From an uncultured delta proteobacterium (GTDB taxonomy: Bacteria > Desulfobacterota > Syntrophia > Syntrophales > UBA5619), in NCBI GenBank assembly GCA_963817385.1, contig CAWFOM010000025.1, forward strand, positions 42,845 through 106,844: a DNA stretch of 64,000 nucleotides. Reading direction: 5' to 3'. The translations under genes and the position numbers were made by a program. Positions 1-11,213 of this stretch are shown in pieces. A model generated the notes under the pieces. It was not told where the DNA came from, searched no databases, and saw nothing but the letters and a program-made list of their open reading frames with translations. The first letter of the stretch is position 1. Each line of letters begins with the position of its first letter.

Positions 1-253
1 GATTGAAGACGGCATGCTCGGCGATCGAACTATGGCCCATTTCGAAGACGATGTTCCGGTTGGAGGCGCGCGCCTTCTCCACCTCGCCGCGCGCGAGCAT
101 CCGTAACTCGTTCACCGGCCGCGGATTCCGGCTGATCCTGGCGTAGGCTGCGGCGATGGTCTCCGGGGTCAGGTCCTGCCGCTCGGGGTGCTCGGCGACG
201 AACTCCCGGATGATCTCATAGTCGATGTTGTGTCCCGCAAGAATGACTTCCAT
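1..253 (-). CDS. thyX: FAD-dependent thymidylate synthase, N-terminal part (runs off the window edge)
   Basis: Manual translation MEVILAGHNIDYE...ETIAAAYARISR...IVFEMGHSSIAEHAVFN contains the ThyX GHxSxxEH motif. Confidence 0.85.
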   Translation of the reverse strand, partial: MEVILAGHNIDYEIIREFVAEHPERQDLTPETIAAAYARISRNPRPVNELRMLARGEVEKARASNRNIVFEMGHSSIAEHAVFN

Positions 254-421
254 CGGTTGTCTCGTCCCTCCCTGGGTTGATTCGTGGTACCGGAGGATCC
301 CCGGAGCTTGGCGGGGGACCATCTTCCGTAAAATGTTCCGTTTCATCCAGGCCGATTTGTGGTAATCTGACCCTGTAGGAAATCGATTCCGTGTCTGATC
401 GGATTATCGGGGGTAGTAAAA

Positions 422-1045
422 ATGGGCCTTCTCAGTCTCCTCATGAAAGATCCGCTTACCTTTGTTCTGCTGGCGGTTCCGCTGCTTTATTCCATCATCA
501 TCCATGAACTGGCCCACGGCTGGGTGGCGTATCGCATGGGGGATCCCACGGCCAAATATCAGGGCCGGCTGACCCTCAATCCCCTGAAACATCTCGATCC
601 GATCGGAACCGCCATGCTCTTTCTCGTCGGGTTCGGCTGGGCCAAGCCCGTGCCGGTCGATTTCAACCGCCTTCGTAACTCTCGTCTCGGGTTGATCCTG
701 GTTTCTTCCGCCGGGATCATCGCCAATATGGTTGTTGCCTTTATCGCTGTCCTGCTGCTTCACCTTATGTCTCCGTCTCCGTCGGGATCGATGGGGCAAC
801 TTCTGTATTATCTGGCGCAGATCAATATCATGCTGGCCTCGTTCAACCTGATCCCCATTCCACCCCTGGACGGCTCGAAGATCCTCATGGGATTCCTGTC
901 GGAAAGGCTCCGGTACTCTTTTTCCCGCCTTGAACCCTATGGATTCTTCATTATCATCGGTCTTCTGTACCTGGGGGCTCTGGACCCGGTCATCCATTTC
1001 TTTCGGTGGATCATCCTTGCCCTGATCGGGCTTGTGCTCTCCTGA
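422..1045 (+). CDS. Site-2 protease family (M50) membrane metalloprotease
   Basis: HELAH and FNLIPIPPLDG motifs; hydrophobic segments. Confidence 0.92.
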   Translation: MGLLSLLMKDPLTFVLLAVPLLYSIIIHELAHGWVAYRMGDPTAKYQGRLTLNPLKHLDPIGTAMLFLVGFGWAKPVPVDFNRLRNSRLGLILVSSAGIIANMVVAFIAVLLLHLMSPSPSGSMGQLLYYLAQINIMLASFNLIPIPPLDGSKILMGFLSERLRYSFSRLEPYGFFIIIGLLYLGALDPVIHFFRWIILALIGLVLS

Positions 1046-1090
1046 AGCACGTTGCTTCCCTGCGCAGCAAATGATGCGGATTGAGGTGCG

Positions 1091-1915
1091 TCACCGGGAT
1101 TGTTCTAACAGCGTATCACCCGCAGAGTATTGCCCCAGGCCGATGAGATTAAAATACTCCGTAATTTTCAAACCGATGGTTGTCTCCAGATTGTCCACGG
1201 CATCCGGCATCGGCGATTTTATTTCTATCACGCCGAAGTCGCGGATGAGCTTTTCGACGAGGGATTGGGCAAGATAGACGATGCCGGTGACGGGAAACGA
1301 GTTTTTTCTGAGGACGAACCGATTCTCCAGGACAACGTCCGCCAGGAATTCGGGTAGGGTCAGCTTTTCGATAATCTTGACGGCCAATTCCTGATGGTGC
1401 TTCTCGATAAAAGAGGGTTCTATGGTGACATTTTTCTCGGCTTCATAGATGGCGATGACCACTTTGCCGAGGGTAACAAACAGACCCCCGATTTCAGCCC
1501 TTTCTATGGCATCCTTGTTCATGTGCATCTGTTCCGCGATGACTTTGGCGAACACGGATACGGCAAAACTTTCGACCTCGATCATTCTGTGCGCCGTGCC
1601 CAACCGGGAAAATAGCGTCAAGGCGATGATGAACAGCTTTGCCGGCTGCATGCCGATCGAAGTGATGACATCATTGAATTTTTCCACCTTGCCGTAGCGG
1701 TGCATCCCGTAATAGACCGAACAGGACATATTTCTCAGGCGCAGTGCAAGCTTCACATCGACCATGTTTTCGATGCCGGCGATCTCTTCTTCGGAAGATT
1801 CCGTGTTATCGAGGATATGGAAGATCCGGGGGTTTATCCCGATATTCTCGCTGTCCATGACGAACTCTTCGATTGCGTCAAACAGGTTGGGATCTTCCCG
1901 ATGATCGTCAGTCAT
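1091..1915 (-). CDS. HDOD-domain-like signalling protein
   Basis: 274 aa; LALRLRNMSCSVYYG...VITSIG...GLFVTLGKVVI is a degenerate HDOD pattern. Confidence 0.6.
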   Translation of the reverse strand: MTDDHREDPNLFDAIEEFVMDSENIGINPRIFHILDNTESSEEEIAGIENMVDVKLALRLRNMSCSVYYGMHRYGKVEKFNDVITSIGMQPAKLFIIALTLFSRLGTAHRMIEVESFAVSVFAKVIAEQMHMNKDAIERAEIGGLFVTLGKVVIAIYEAEKNVTIEPSFIEKHHQELAVKIIEKLTLPEFLADVVLENRFVLRKNSFPVTGIVYLAQSLVEKLIRDFGVIEIKSPMPDAVDNLETTIGLKITEYFNLIGLGQYSAGDTLLEQSR

Positions 1916-2419
1916 CCCTCACTCCTTGTGTCTGAGTGGTTCGGGGTTGTTTCATCTGCGGAACGACCGCCCGTCCGGATGGCTGACGACGAGTAAGCCG
2001 ATCCCGCTTCAACGCCGCTCAACACCACCCGCATTCGACTGACCATGCCGACATGGGTAACTTAAAGAATATGAGGTTGAAAAGCAAGCAATAATCTTTT
2101 TCACGCAGAGGCAAGCGGCGGATCCTCCCGGCGGGACATTATGGATCCGATTTTCCCCCCGGAGTCTGCCTTCTGCGGGCGGCGGCAGGACGAGCGGAAT
2201 CTCCGGTTTAACGTGAGGAAGGAAGATGGATGCGATGATGAAAAAGGTGGCAATCTAGTGAACTCGGCCCGAGGGCACAAGCGGCCGCGCGCAAGTTTTC
2301 ATGAAGACCACGGCGGCATCCTCTCCAGCCCTGCGTTCTCCCCGGTGATCAATACGATCTTGAGCAACAGCGAGGTGCAGACATCACGGGTTGAAAGAAA
2401 AAACGGGTAACAATATTTT

Positions 2420-2965
2420 TCAAATAACGTAAGGAATAAACCTTTTGGTTTTCAGCATGTAATGCCGGTATCTTTCACCGAAATATTCTATGTTTTCTTT
2501 TTCTTCCATCAATGCGGCGAAAATACATGAACAGGTTGCAATCAAAGCAACTATGAGCAAAGCGACTTCGATATTTCTTAATAAAATTCCCCAAGCCAGA
2601 AATAGAAGCGAGCTGTACATGGGGTGCCGGACATACTTGAAAATCCCGGACTCTATCAATACTGTAGTTTTCTCAAAATCGAACAGAGTATGATCACGTC
2701 GCTGCTTGCTCACGATGCCCTTTTTCCGCATAATAAATACGGCTGAAAGGACAAACACTAAGGAAGCGATCATAATCGCCGAGGAAATCAATTGCTGAAG
2801 GTCAAATTTTTCTACTATTAAATACCGGTAATTTTGAATCGAAAGCCATAAAATACACTCCCACACAACCAATCGATACAAGCCATGGTTTTTCAGACTT
2901 AACAGGCATCGCCAGGAAAGAGTTAATAGCGGCAGCGAAAGGACGCAAAAAAAAATAACTTTCAT
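2420..2965 (-). CDS. Isoprenylcysteine carboxyl methyltransferase (ICMT/PEMT) family membrane protein
   Basis: GIFKYVRHPMY, EEKE...FGERY, RFIP motifs; AT-rich relative to flanks. Confidence 0.85.
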   Translation of the reverse strand: MKVIFFCVLSLPLLTLSWRCLLSLKNHGLYRLVVWECILWLSIQNYRYLIVEKFDLQQLISSAIMIASLVFVLSAVFIMRKKGIVSKQRRDHTLFDFEKTTVLIESGIFKYVRHPMYSSLLFLAWGILLRNIEVALLIVALIATCSCIFAALMEEKENIEYFGERYRHYMLKTKRFIPYVI

Positions 2966-3287
2966 TTCTGACTAATGGTCAACCGGGTTCGTTAGATGTA
3001 ATGTTTTCACGTCAGGTACGGCAATGGATGGATATTCACTGTTCGACCCTCGATGAATTTCATCTTTTTTTGATAAGGTATTACTTTTTCACGGGGGGAG
3101 TATATGAAGAACGGTCTCGAGTGTCAATTGGATTTTGGCCACAAAATATGGGGTTCGGTAGTGATGGAAGGTGTATATCGGATTGGCTAACACTTTCAGA
3201 GGAAGAAGCAGATGTTTAGCGCTTCTAAACCCAGGCACTAAGTGATCAGTGCGGCTCATCTGAGCCATCCCAGTCTACCGATAACTT

Positions 3288-4874
3288 TTAGTAGTACAGG
3301 TTATCCTTGAGAAGGAGTTCATAGAGCATATTATCTTGGAGAGTCACGTCTTTAAAGAGTGTCCCATGCTCCCTGCAGACGAACAGCGTATTGGCTTTCC
3401 TGAAGCCCGCCAGCATGCTCATCCTGGTCACCTTCCCGTCTCCGGGTTGAAAATAACTCTCCAATTCGACGGGGATATCGTAGGCGATGGCAAATCCTTC
3501 TTCCTCAGCGTTATCCTGTTCCTTAATTACTCCCACTTGCTCTTCCATACTCGTCTGTTCCAGTAACACACTCCTCCCTTTAATCATGCCCCTGTGCAGG
3601 GTAACGGCACAATCACCCCCCATGAGTTTGAGAACATCATTGATAACCGTGTTGTTGTCAGTCTTCCGCAATAGCTGGGAAAATTCTTCGGCGCGTTGCA
3701 GCGATATTTTTATCAAGTGCTGTTTTGCATCACGATCCGGGTAATACTCGTATGGATTGAACGCCGACCACTGCAGTTCTTGCCAAGTAACGGGATTGAG
3801 GAGTGAAAATTTGTACAGAACCGAGTTGCATGCCGCGGTATTGTCCAGTTTTTGCAGCGTTTTTTTTGTATCTTCGTCAAGAGGGATGAAGCATTCCTGA
3901 GTGCATGCCGGGGGAAGAAGCTGATAGGCCGCGGGCATCGTAATGATGATTCTTTTGACATCGTCTTTGCTGAGCGTTTCCACCCCTTCGCCGGAAAAAA
4001 ACCCCCGGAGGATTTCCAGAGAACCGCCGCTGGGTGTGCCGAGCAGAACGACCTTCCCAATATTTATCGGAAGCCCCTTGTCCGGTTCCATCCCGCCGAT
4101 ACTGCCATAGATACGTGCCTGCCCCTGACTGGCCTGCTTGCAGAACGAGTGATAGCCCAGGTAGAAACGGGCAATGAGGCCGCCCATGCTATGTGCCACA
4201 ATGTTGAACTTTACCCCCCGATTCTGCGGGTAATATTTTTCCGTGATCTTCGTTATGAACCTCTCCAAATTGACGGCGTTGAGGACATTATCCCTCCTCC
4301 AGTCATAGTAGAAAATGAAGAGGTTTCCCTTGGGATTGGTATTGTTGTCCTCGATCAGTTCGATCAGGTTTCCCTTGGCATCATACTTGATGCCGGCGTT
4401 TTTGCTGATAAATCCACCATAGTCGACGAGAGTATCGATGAGACTCTGGTAGATATCAATTTCCGACATGTCTTGAAACCAACCGAAGAGACGCCAGCGC
4501 GAAAAGATGTTGGTGGCCCTGACGTTGCTGTCGACATTGAATACTTCATAGGAGTCGGACAATCCATTTATTAGTCCGATGGGCAATTCCAGATCGTCGA
4601 AATCCGCCTTGCTGAATTGCCACCATCCACCCCAGACATTTCGGTCTTTCTCAATATTTTTGAGTTCCGAACCTTTGATCCCCGGAATGATGATTACCGG
4701 GTTTCTCTCCAGGTTGACATAGGGTGCATAGATTTTCTTAATCGGCGGCTGCAGGGCAGCGCAGCCGATGAGAGATAAGGCAAGAATCAGCACGATGGCA
4801 TTTGTCAGCCCCGTCAATATGCCGGGTGTACTCGCTATATTTTTCCCCGGAGTGTTCATGTCAACGTGTTCCAT
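3288..4874 (-). CDS. LCAT/PGAP1-like lipase/acyltransferase lipoprotein
   Basis: Lipobox-like LIGC; PVIIIPGIKGS, YDWR, AHSMGG nucleophile elbow, GDGKV, H. Confidence 0.8.
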   Translation of the reverse strand: MEHVDMNTPGKNIASTPGILTGLTNAIVLILALSLIGCAALQPPIKKIYAPYVNLERNPVIIIPGIKGSELKNIEKDRNVWGGWWQFSKADFDDLELPIGLINGLSDSYEVFNVDSNVRATNIFSRWRLFGWFQDMSEIDIYQSLIDTLVDYGGFISKNAGIKYDAKGNLIELIEDNNTNPKGNLFIFYYDWRRDNVLNAVNLERFITKITEKYYPQNRGVKFNIVAHSMGGLIARFYLGYHSFCKQASQGQARIYGSIGGMEPDKGLPINIGKVVLLGTPSGGSLEILRGFFSGEGVETLSKDDVKRIIITMPAAYQLLPPACTQECFIPLDEDTKKTLQKLDNTAACNSVLYKFSLLNPVTWQELQWSAFNPYEYYPDRDAKQHLIKISLQRAEEFSQLLRKTDNNTVINDVLKLMGGDCAVTLHRGMIKGRSVLLEQTSMEEQVGVIKEQDNAEEEGFAIAYDIPVELESYFQPGDGKVTRMSMLAGFRKANTLFVCREHGTLFKDVTLQDNMLYELLLKDNLYY

Positions 4875-5288
4875 GACCGACCTCCTTTCAGAGTATAAAT
4901 CCTTTGCACAGGAGATTTATGAAATATTGTTGTTTTAAAATCCTGTCGTTCAATTATACAAATGGTGGCCGGACGAGAAGGAGATTGAATTTAGGCTATC
5001 TTTGATACAGCGAAGATACCCTTAGGATGAGATAGAGATCAGCAGGAACTCAAACGTGGATTGAGATAAACGATAAAAACCCTCCAAGAGAGTTTTTTGC
5101 CTCCCTTGGAGGCTTCACCTGATCATTCTTTGGTAACCCCACCTTCTCATTTTACTCTCCAGAAGGTCAAAGGTTAGGTTGATGGATTACAGGGGATAAG
5201 TAATTAATAGCTAACTCATTCAGGGAGGAGCTGTCAAGGGATAAATTGCAGCCTTAAATTGGCGCCGAACAACAATCGGGAAAATTCA

Positions 5289-5327
5289 TACCGCCCCTCC
5301 CCGACAGTTTGAACGGGAGGGGCGGTA
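5289..5327 (-). terminator. Stem-loop downstream of the OsmC-like gene, probable terminator
   Basis: 13-bp perfect inverted repeat TACCGCCCCTCCC/GGGAGGGGCGGTA. Confidence 0.6.
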
Positions 5328-5355
5328 GGTGATGAGACAGGGTGCTCCGAAAGGT

Positions 5356-5820
5356 CTATACTTCTTCGATCACGAGATCATCTTCGATCCGGATGCACCC
5401 GATCACGCTTTGCGCGGCGGGGCACCGCGTGATGTAGGAGGAAAAGGCCTCCCGGGCCTCCGCGATCTTCTCGTGCGGTATCTTCAGATGGTACGTCGCC
5501 CCGATCCGGGTGATCTTCAGGACGCCGTTGACATTCTCGATGTCCCCCTCTACGTCCGCCCAGTAGCGGTCTTCCGGGGTCGGGATCTTTTTTCCGGCCA
5601 GCAGCGTGGCCAGTGTCCCCATCATTCAGCCCGCGGTAGCGGCCACGATGTGATCGAGCGTGGCCGCATGCTCCACCTCCGGTTCGATCTTGTAGAATTT
5701 CTTGATGCCGCCGTGGACGCCGTAATAGATGGGTTCACAGAACCCCTCGATCATGGCCCGCCGGGTCGGCCCCTTTTCCCTGACGATCTTGATTTTCGAT
5801 GTGTGGACGATTTCTCCCAT
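5356..5820 (-). CDS. OsmC-family selenoprotein (Sec at in-frame UGA 5626-5628), 154 aa
   Basis: Two in-frame ORFs joined by TGA: ...LDHIVAATAG-U-MMGTL...RCPAAQSV. U sits at the OsmC peroxidatic Cys position. RBS AGGAGG upstream; SECIS-like hairpin downstream. Confidence 0.85.
5594..5613 (-). promoter_or_regulatory. Putative SECIS element
   Basis: CUGGCCA-CGCUGC-UGGCCGG hairpin; loop starts 19 nt after the UGA, with G at loop position 2. Confidence 0.7.
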
Positions 5821-5892
5821 GATGCTCCTCCTTGGGTTGTCGGCGATTCGGGATGCGGATCGGGTCGACCCTCTTCTTCCCTGCATCAGCCG

Positions 5893-6225
5893 TCAATGAC
5901 GTTTCTCGGGCAGGCGTTCGACGAAGGCCTTCGCCTTGTTCAGCCACCCTTCCAGTTTTTTCCCGGCGCAGGCCCGCTCTTCCACCATGACCCATCCCTT
6001 CATGGCACGGCCGGTGATATCGAACTCCTTGACCCTGGGATGTTGCAGGGCCAGTGCTGCCTCCTCCTCGCCGAGCCTGAGGATCAGATAATCCTTGATG
6101 ATGCCGCAAACGATGTTCCCGTTCAGGAGATAACAGACCCCGCCGAACATCTCCTTGGGGGTGACATTATCCCATGTTGAAACGATTTCGATAATCCGCC
6201 GGTCAAGCGCTTTGCTGTACGCCAT
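5893..6225 (-). CDS. TfoX/Sxy N-terminal domain protein
   Basis: KEMFGGVCYLLNG, LILRLG, GRAMKGWV motifs. Confidence 0.85.
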   Translation of the reverse strand: MAYSKALDRRIIEIVSTWDNVTPKEMFGGVCYLLNGNIVCGIIKDYLILRLGEEEAALALQHPRVKEFDITGRAMKGWVMVEERACAGKKLEGWLNKAKAFVERLPEKRH

Positions 6226-6390
6226 TGTTCCCCTCCCGCCGTTATACCGTCCAGCACCCTACTCCCGGCTGCCCGACAGTCACTATAACCATTGCCTGGC
6301 GTCTCTGTCCAGCACGATGGCCCAGGTTTTATAGCTGTCGCCGACGAAAATAACTTATAGTGCATTGTCACGTCGCGATCGTTCAAAAGG

Positions 6391-7473
6391 TTACCGCTGG
6401 ATGCGCGCCGAGCCGCCTTGCGCAAACGCGCGCACCTGATCCACGGTCGCCATGGTGGTATCGCCCGGGAAGGTTGTCAGGAGCGCGCCGTGCGCCCAGC
6501 CCAGATTGACGGCCTCCTGCGGCTCTTCACCCGTGAGGAGGCCGTAGAAAAACCCGGACGCGTACCCATCGCCGCCGCCGACGCGATCGTAAACGTCGAG
6601 TTCGCAGGCGGGTGAAACGTAGGTCGTGCCGTTAATCCACGCCACCGCGCCCCAGGAATGCCGGTTGGTCGAGTGCACCTCCCGGAGGGTTGTCGCGACC
6701 ACCTTGACCTGCGGGAATTTCTTCACCACCTGATCGATCATCCCGAAGAACGTGCTCGGGTCGAGTGTGGATTTTGCGGCGACTTCGGGACCCGGGATGC
6801 CGAGCCCCATCTGCAGATCTTCCTCGTTCCCGACGAGGACATCCACATTCTCGACGATGCGTCCGATAACCGACAGCGCGCGTTCGTGGCCGCCCCAGAT
6901 GTTCCACAGCTTCGCGCGATAATTCAAGTCAAAGGAGATCACCGCGCCCGCCGCCTTCGCCGCCTTCATCCCTTCGATGATCGCTTCGCCGGTTGTTTCC
7001 GATAATGCCGCAAAAATGCCGCCGCTGTGGAACCAGCGCACGCCGCCGGCAAAGATCGTTTTCCAGTCGAAGTCGCCGGGTTTGAGCTGCGCCGCGGCTT
7101 CGTTCGCGCGGTTGTAAAAGACGACCGGCGCACGCACACCCTGCCCGCGATCGCTGTACACCGTCGCCATATTCGGGCCGTTTACGCCGTTGTGTTTGAA
7201 TTTTTTGTAAAAGGGCGTGACGCCCATGGCTTTCACGCGCTCGGCGATCAGATCCCCAATGGGATAATCGACCATCGCGGTCGCGATGCCGGTCTTCATG
7301 CCGAAGCAGTCGGACAGATTGGCGGCGCAGTTGAACTCGCCGCCGCTCACATGGATCCGGCATTCAGCGGCCTTGCGGAAGGGAACGATTCCCGGATCGA
7401 GGCGGTGGACAAGCGCGCCGATGGAGACAAAATCCAGCGCGCCCTCCTGACGGATATTCAGACCGTACTTCAT
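6391..7473 (-). CDS. kdgK: PfkB-family sugar kinase, 2-keto-3-deoxygluconate kinase-like
   Basis: SGGEFN, FDLNYRAKLW, NEED, DRVGGGD motifs. Confidence 0.8.
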   Translation of the reverse strand: MKYGLNIRQEGALDFVSIGALVHRLDPGIVPFRKAAECRIHVSGGEFNCAANLSDCFGMKTGIATAMVDYPIGDLIAERVKAMGVTPFYKKFKHNGVNGPNMATVYSDRGQGVRAPVVFYNRANEAAAQLKPGDFDWKTIFAGGVRWFHSGGIFAALSETTGEAIIEGMKAAKAAGAVISFDLNYRAKLWNIWGGHERALSVIGRIVENVDVLVGNEEDLQMGLGIPGPEVAAKSTLDPSTFFGMIDQVVKKFPQVKVVATTLREVHSTNRHSWGAVAWINGTTYVSPACELDVYDRVGGGDGYASGFFYGLLTGEEPQEAVNLGWAHGALLTTFPGDTTMATVDQVRAFAQGGSARIQR

Positions 7474-7495
7474 TGTGTTCTCCTTTTGTCGGGGA

Positions 7496-8947
<1,452 letters not shown>

Positions 8948-8969
8948 TTGAATTTTCCTTTCCTTCGCA

Positions 8970-8998
8970 ATCATCCCCCGCCCTCCAGACGGTAGAGG
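8970..8998 (-). repeat. Duplicated 3' end of the LarA-like gene (copy of 9813-9841)
   Basis: 29-nt direct repeat with 2 mismatches, encoding LYRLEGGG*. Confidence 0.85.
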
Positions 8999-9169
8999 AT
9001 CTTGATGATTTTACAAATTGTCAATTGATTTTTGCAATTTGTTAGCTTTCTTTACCCTTCTTTATGAATGAAGTAAAGCCGCTGCGTGGCATTCGTAAAC
9101 TTCGCCAAAGAAAAAACAATCCTGAATCTAAATTTATGGTATCATAATAACCAATAAGGGAGGGATGTT

Positions 9170-9412
9170 ATGAATGCCTATGACATGATAGAGATCAAAC
9201 CGGAGGTAATGCTGGGCAAACCCATCATCAAAGGGACCAGGATACCTGTTGACCTCATCGTAAGAAAATTGGGTGAAGGCGCCTCTTTTGAAGATTTGCT
9301 CGATGGTTATCCAAATCTGTCGAGAGAAGCCATCCGGGCGGCATTGATTTATGCCGCCGATATGATCCGTAATGAAACAACCATTTTTTTGAAGACAGGC
9401 ACTGCCGATTGA
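9170..9412 (+). CDS. DUF433-family antitoxin
   Basis: PEVMLGKPIIKGTRIPV...YPNLSREAIRAALIYA. Confidence 0.9.
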   Translation: MNAYDMIEIKPEVMLGKPIIKGTRIPVDLIVRKLGEGASFEDLLDGYPNLSREAIRAALIYAADMIRNETTIFLKTGTAD

Positions 9413-9783
9413 ATTCGAGCCCATTGAGTTTTTTAGCAGACGAAAGCTGCGATTTTTCCCTCATTCGCGCACTGCGGACAGTAGGCTATTCCGTCAAGGC
9501 CATCGCTGAAATATCCCCATCATTACCAGATGAAGCGGTACTGGAATTGGCCGTGGCTGAAAACCGACTATTGATAACAGAAGACAAGGACTTTGGTGAG
9601 TGGGTTTTTGCACATCAACATGCGATGACGGGCGTATTGCTAATCCGCTATCCCGCGAGCATGCGCTCCTCAATGGTTGTCGCTGTGATCGATCTGATTG
9701 GGGGACATGCTACAGTTCTTGACGGCAGCTTTACTGTTTTAGAGCCCGGAAGGGCGCGAATCAGGAAGAAAATCAAGGGTTGA
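9409..9783 (+). CDS. DUF5615 PIN-like toxin
   Basis: FLADES, DEAVL, LITEDKDFGE; overlaps the DUF433 gene. Confidence 0.88.
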   Translation: MNSSPLSFLADESCDFSLIRALRTVGYSVKAIAEISPSLPDEAVLELAVAENRLLITEDKDFGEWVFAHQHAMTGVLLIRYPASMRSSMVVAVIDLIGGHATVLDGSFTVLEPGRARIRKKIKG

Positions 9784-9813
9784 CCATCACAAGACATACA
9801 AAAGAGTTCGATA

Positions 9814-11050
9814 TCATCCTCCGCCCTCCAGGCGGTAGAGGGTCTCTCCGGCGTGATCGACGTACAGGATCCCCTCCTCCTCTTTGTCCATGTAGTCGGC
9901 AAGCCGGATCGAAGCTGGGTCCATGTAGCCAAGGTTGATCCGCCGGCATGTTTCCGCGGGGATCGCGGTGGCCAGGATGACGTCCACAAGAGGTTTCTCG
10001 ATGCCGTTTTCGTAACTGCCCCCTCCTCGGACATGGGTCGAATGGGCCAGGACGCCCCGCGGGATCCCCGTGAAACGCTCCGGCCGGGCGAGGAAGTAGT
10101 CCCGGACGTGGTAGCCGATCTTTTCGATCTCGCTTCCCCAGGCGCCGGAAATGCGGCGGACATGCGGGGCGTAGATGATGAGTTTGCCGCCGTCGGTGAC
10201 GACCTGTTCCAGCTTGTACATCACCTTTCCCGCGGTCCAGATCTCGTCGTACATCTCCGGCGTCCGGCCCAGAACGATCCGGTAAGGTTTTTTCCTGGTG
10301 ACGATGTGGAGCGTTGCCGACAGATCCGCGGCGGCGGACCAGGCTTCCCGGACATCGCCGGTGAACAGGCCTCGCAGCCCCGTCTCCCCATCCACCACCA
10401 TCGCGAGGCAGTGAACGGGCGTGGCGATTGACTCCATCGCCCGGTCGATCACCCGCCGCACCGCGGTATCCTTTTTGCCGATGATCTCCCGGCAGGTGAT
10501 CAGCGCCCCCAGCCAGTGGAAGAAATGGAGGAAAGCGCCGCCGGAGACGCCGGGAAAGAGGTACTTCGCGCCCCCGGAAAATCCGACGACCTCATGGGGG
10601 AAGACCGGCCCCAGGATAATGATCAGGTCGTATTCGATAGATCTTTTTGTTGATGTCGATCGGCACCCGCTCCCGGAGAAGACCGCCGGAAATCGTTCGC
10701 CACCTCGTCCTCGGTGAGCTCTCCGATCCGTTGAAAAGTCTCCGGCAGGTCCCAGCGGTGGCAGAAGAAGGCCGACCGGCCGGGCAGCTCCTCCCGGGTT
10801 TGAGGGGTTATCCCGTAGAGATCCAGGATCTGCCGGTCCGTCATGAACGGGATGGGTTCCCAGGGCCACCATGAAATCGAGCCGGGCGGCCCGCCCGCCG
10901 ATCACCTCCCGCACGGACGCGGACCATCATCGGCAGCGGGCAGGTTCGCGTCCCGTCCGGTGTCAGGACCAGGACCCGTTTGTTTTCATACAGCCCTGCG
11001 GGCGTTCCGGTCTCTATGATCTCTTTGACCTTCGCTTCTGAAAGGGTCAT
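9814..11050 (-). CDS. LarA (lactate racemase)-family nickel-pincer epimerase, split by several frameshifts
   Basis: PDGTR, ALGTH, HRWD, PHEVVGFSGGAKY motifs spread over different frames. Confidence 0.8.
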
Positions 11051-11213
11051 AGGCGATACATCTCTTCAGGCTCGGCGATCGTTTTGATGCGCATACAAGA
11101 ATTCGGTTCCTCTCGACGATAGGTGACGCTGGTTGCCTAATTCTGTTCCAGCGCCTCGCGACGCTCGATGTATTGCTCTTTCGTTCTCATGTTCGTTTCA
11201 CCTCTGAGGTCTT

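Noticed and set aside
2141..2410. 89-aa ORF
   Set aside because: No RBS or motif support; probably spurious or a remnant
2977..2997. Possible attC right half GGTCAACC-N6-GTTAGAT beside the AT-rich ICMT gene
   Set aside because: No matching left half was found; too short to support
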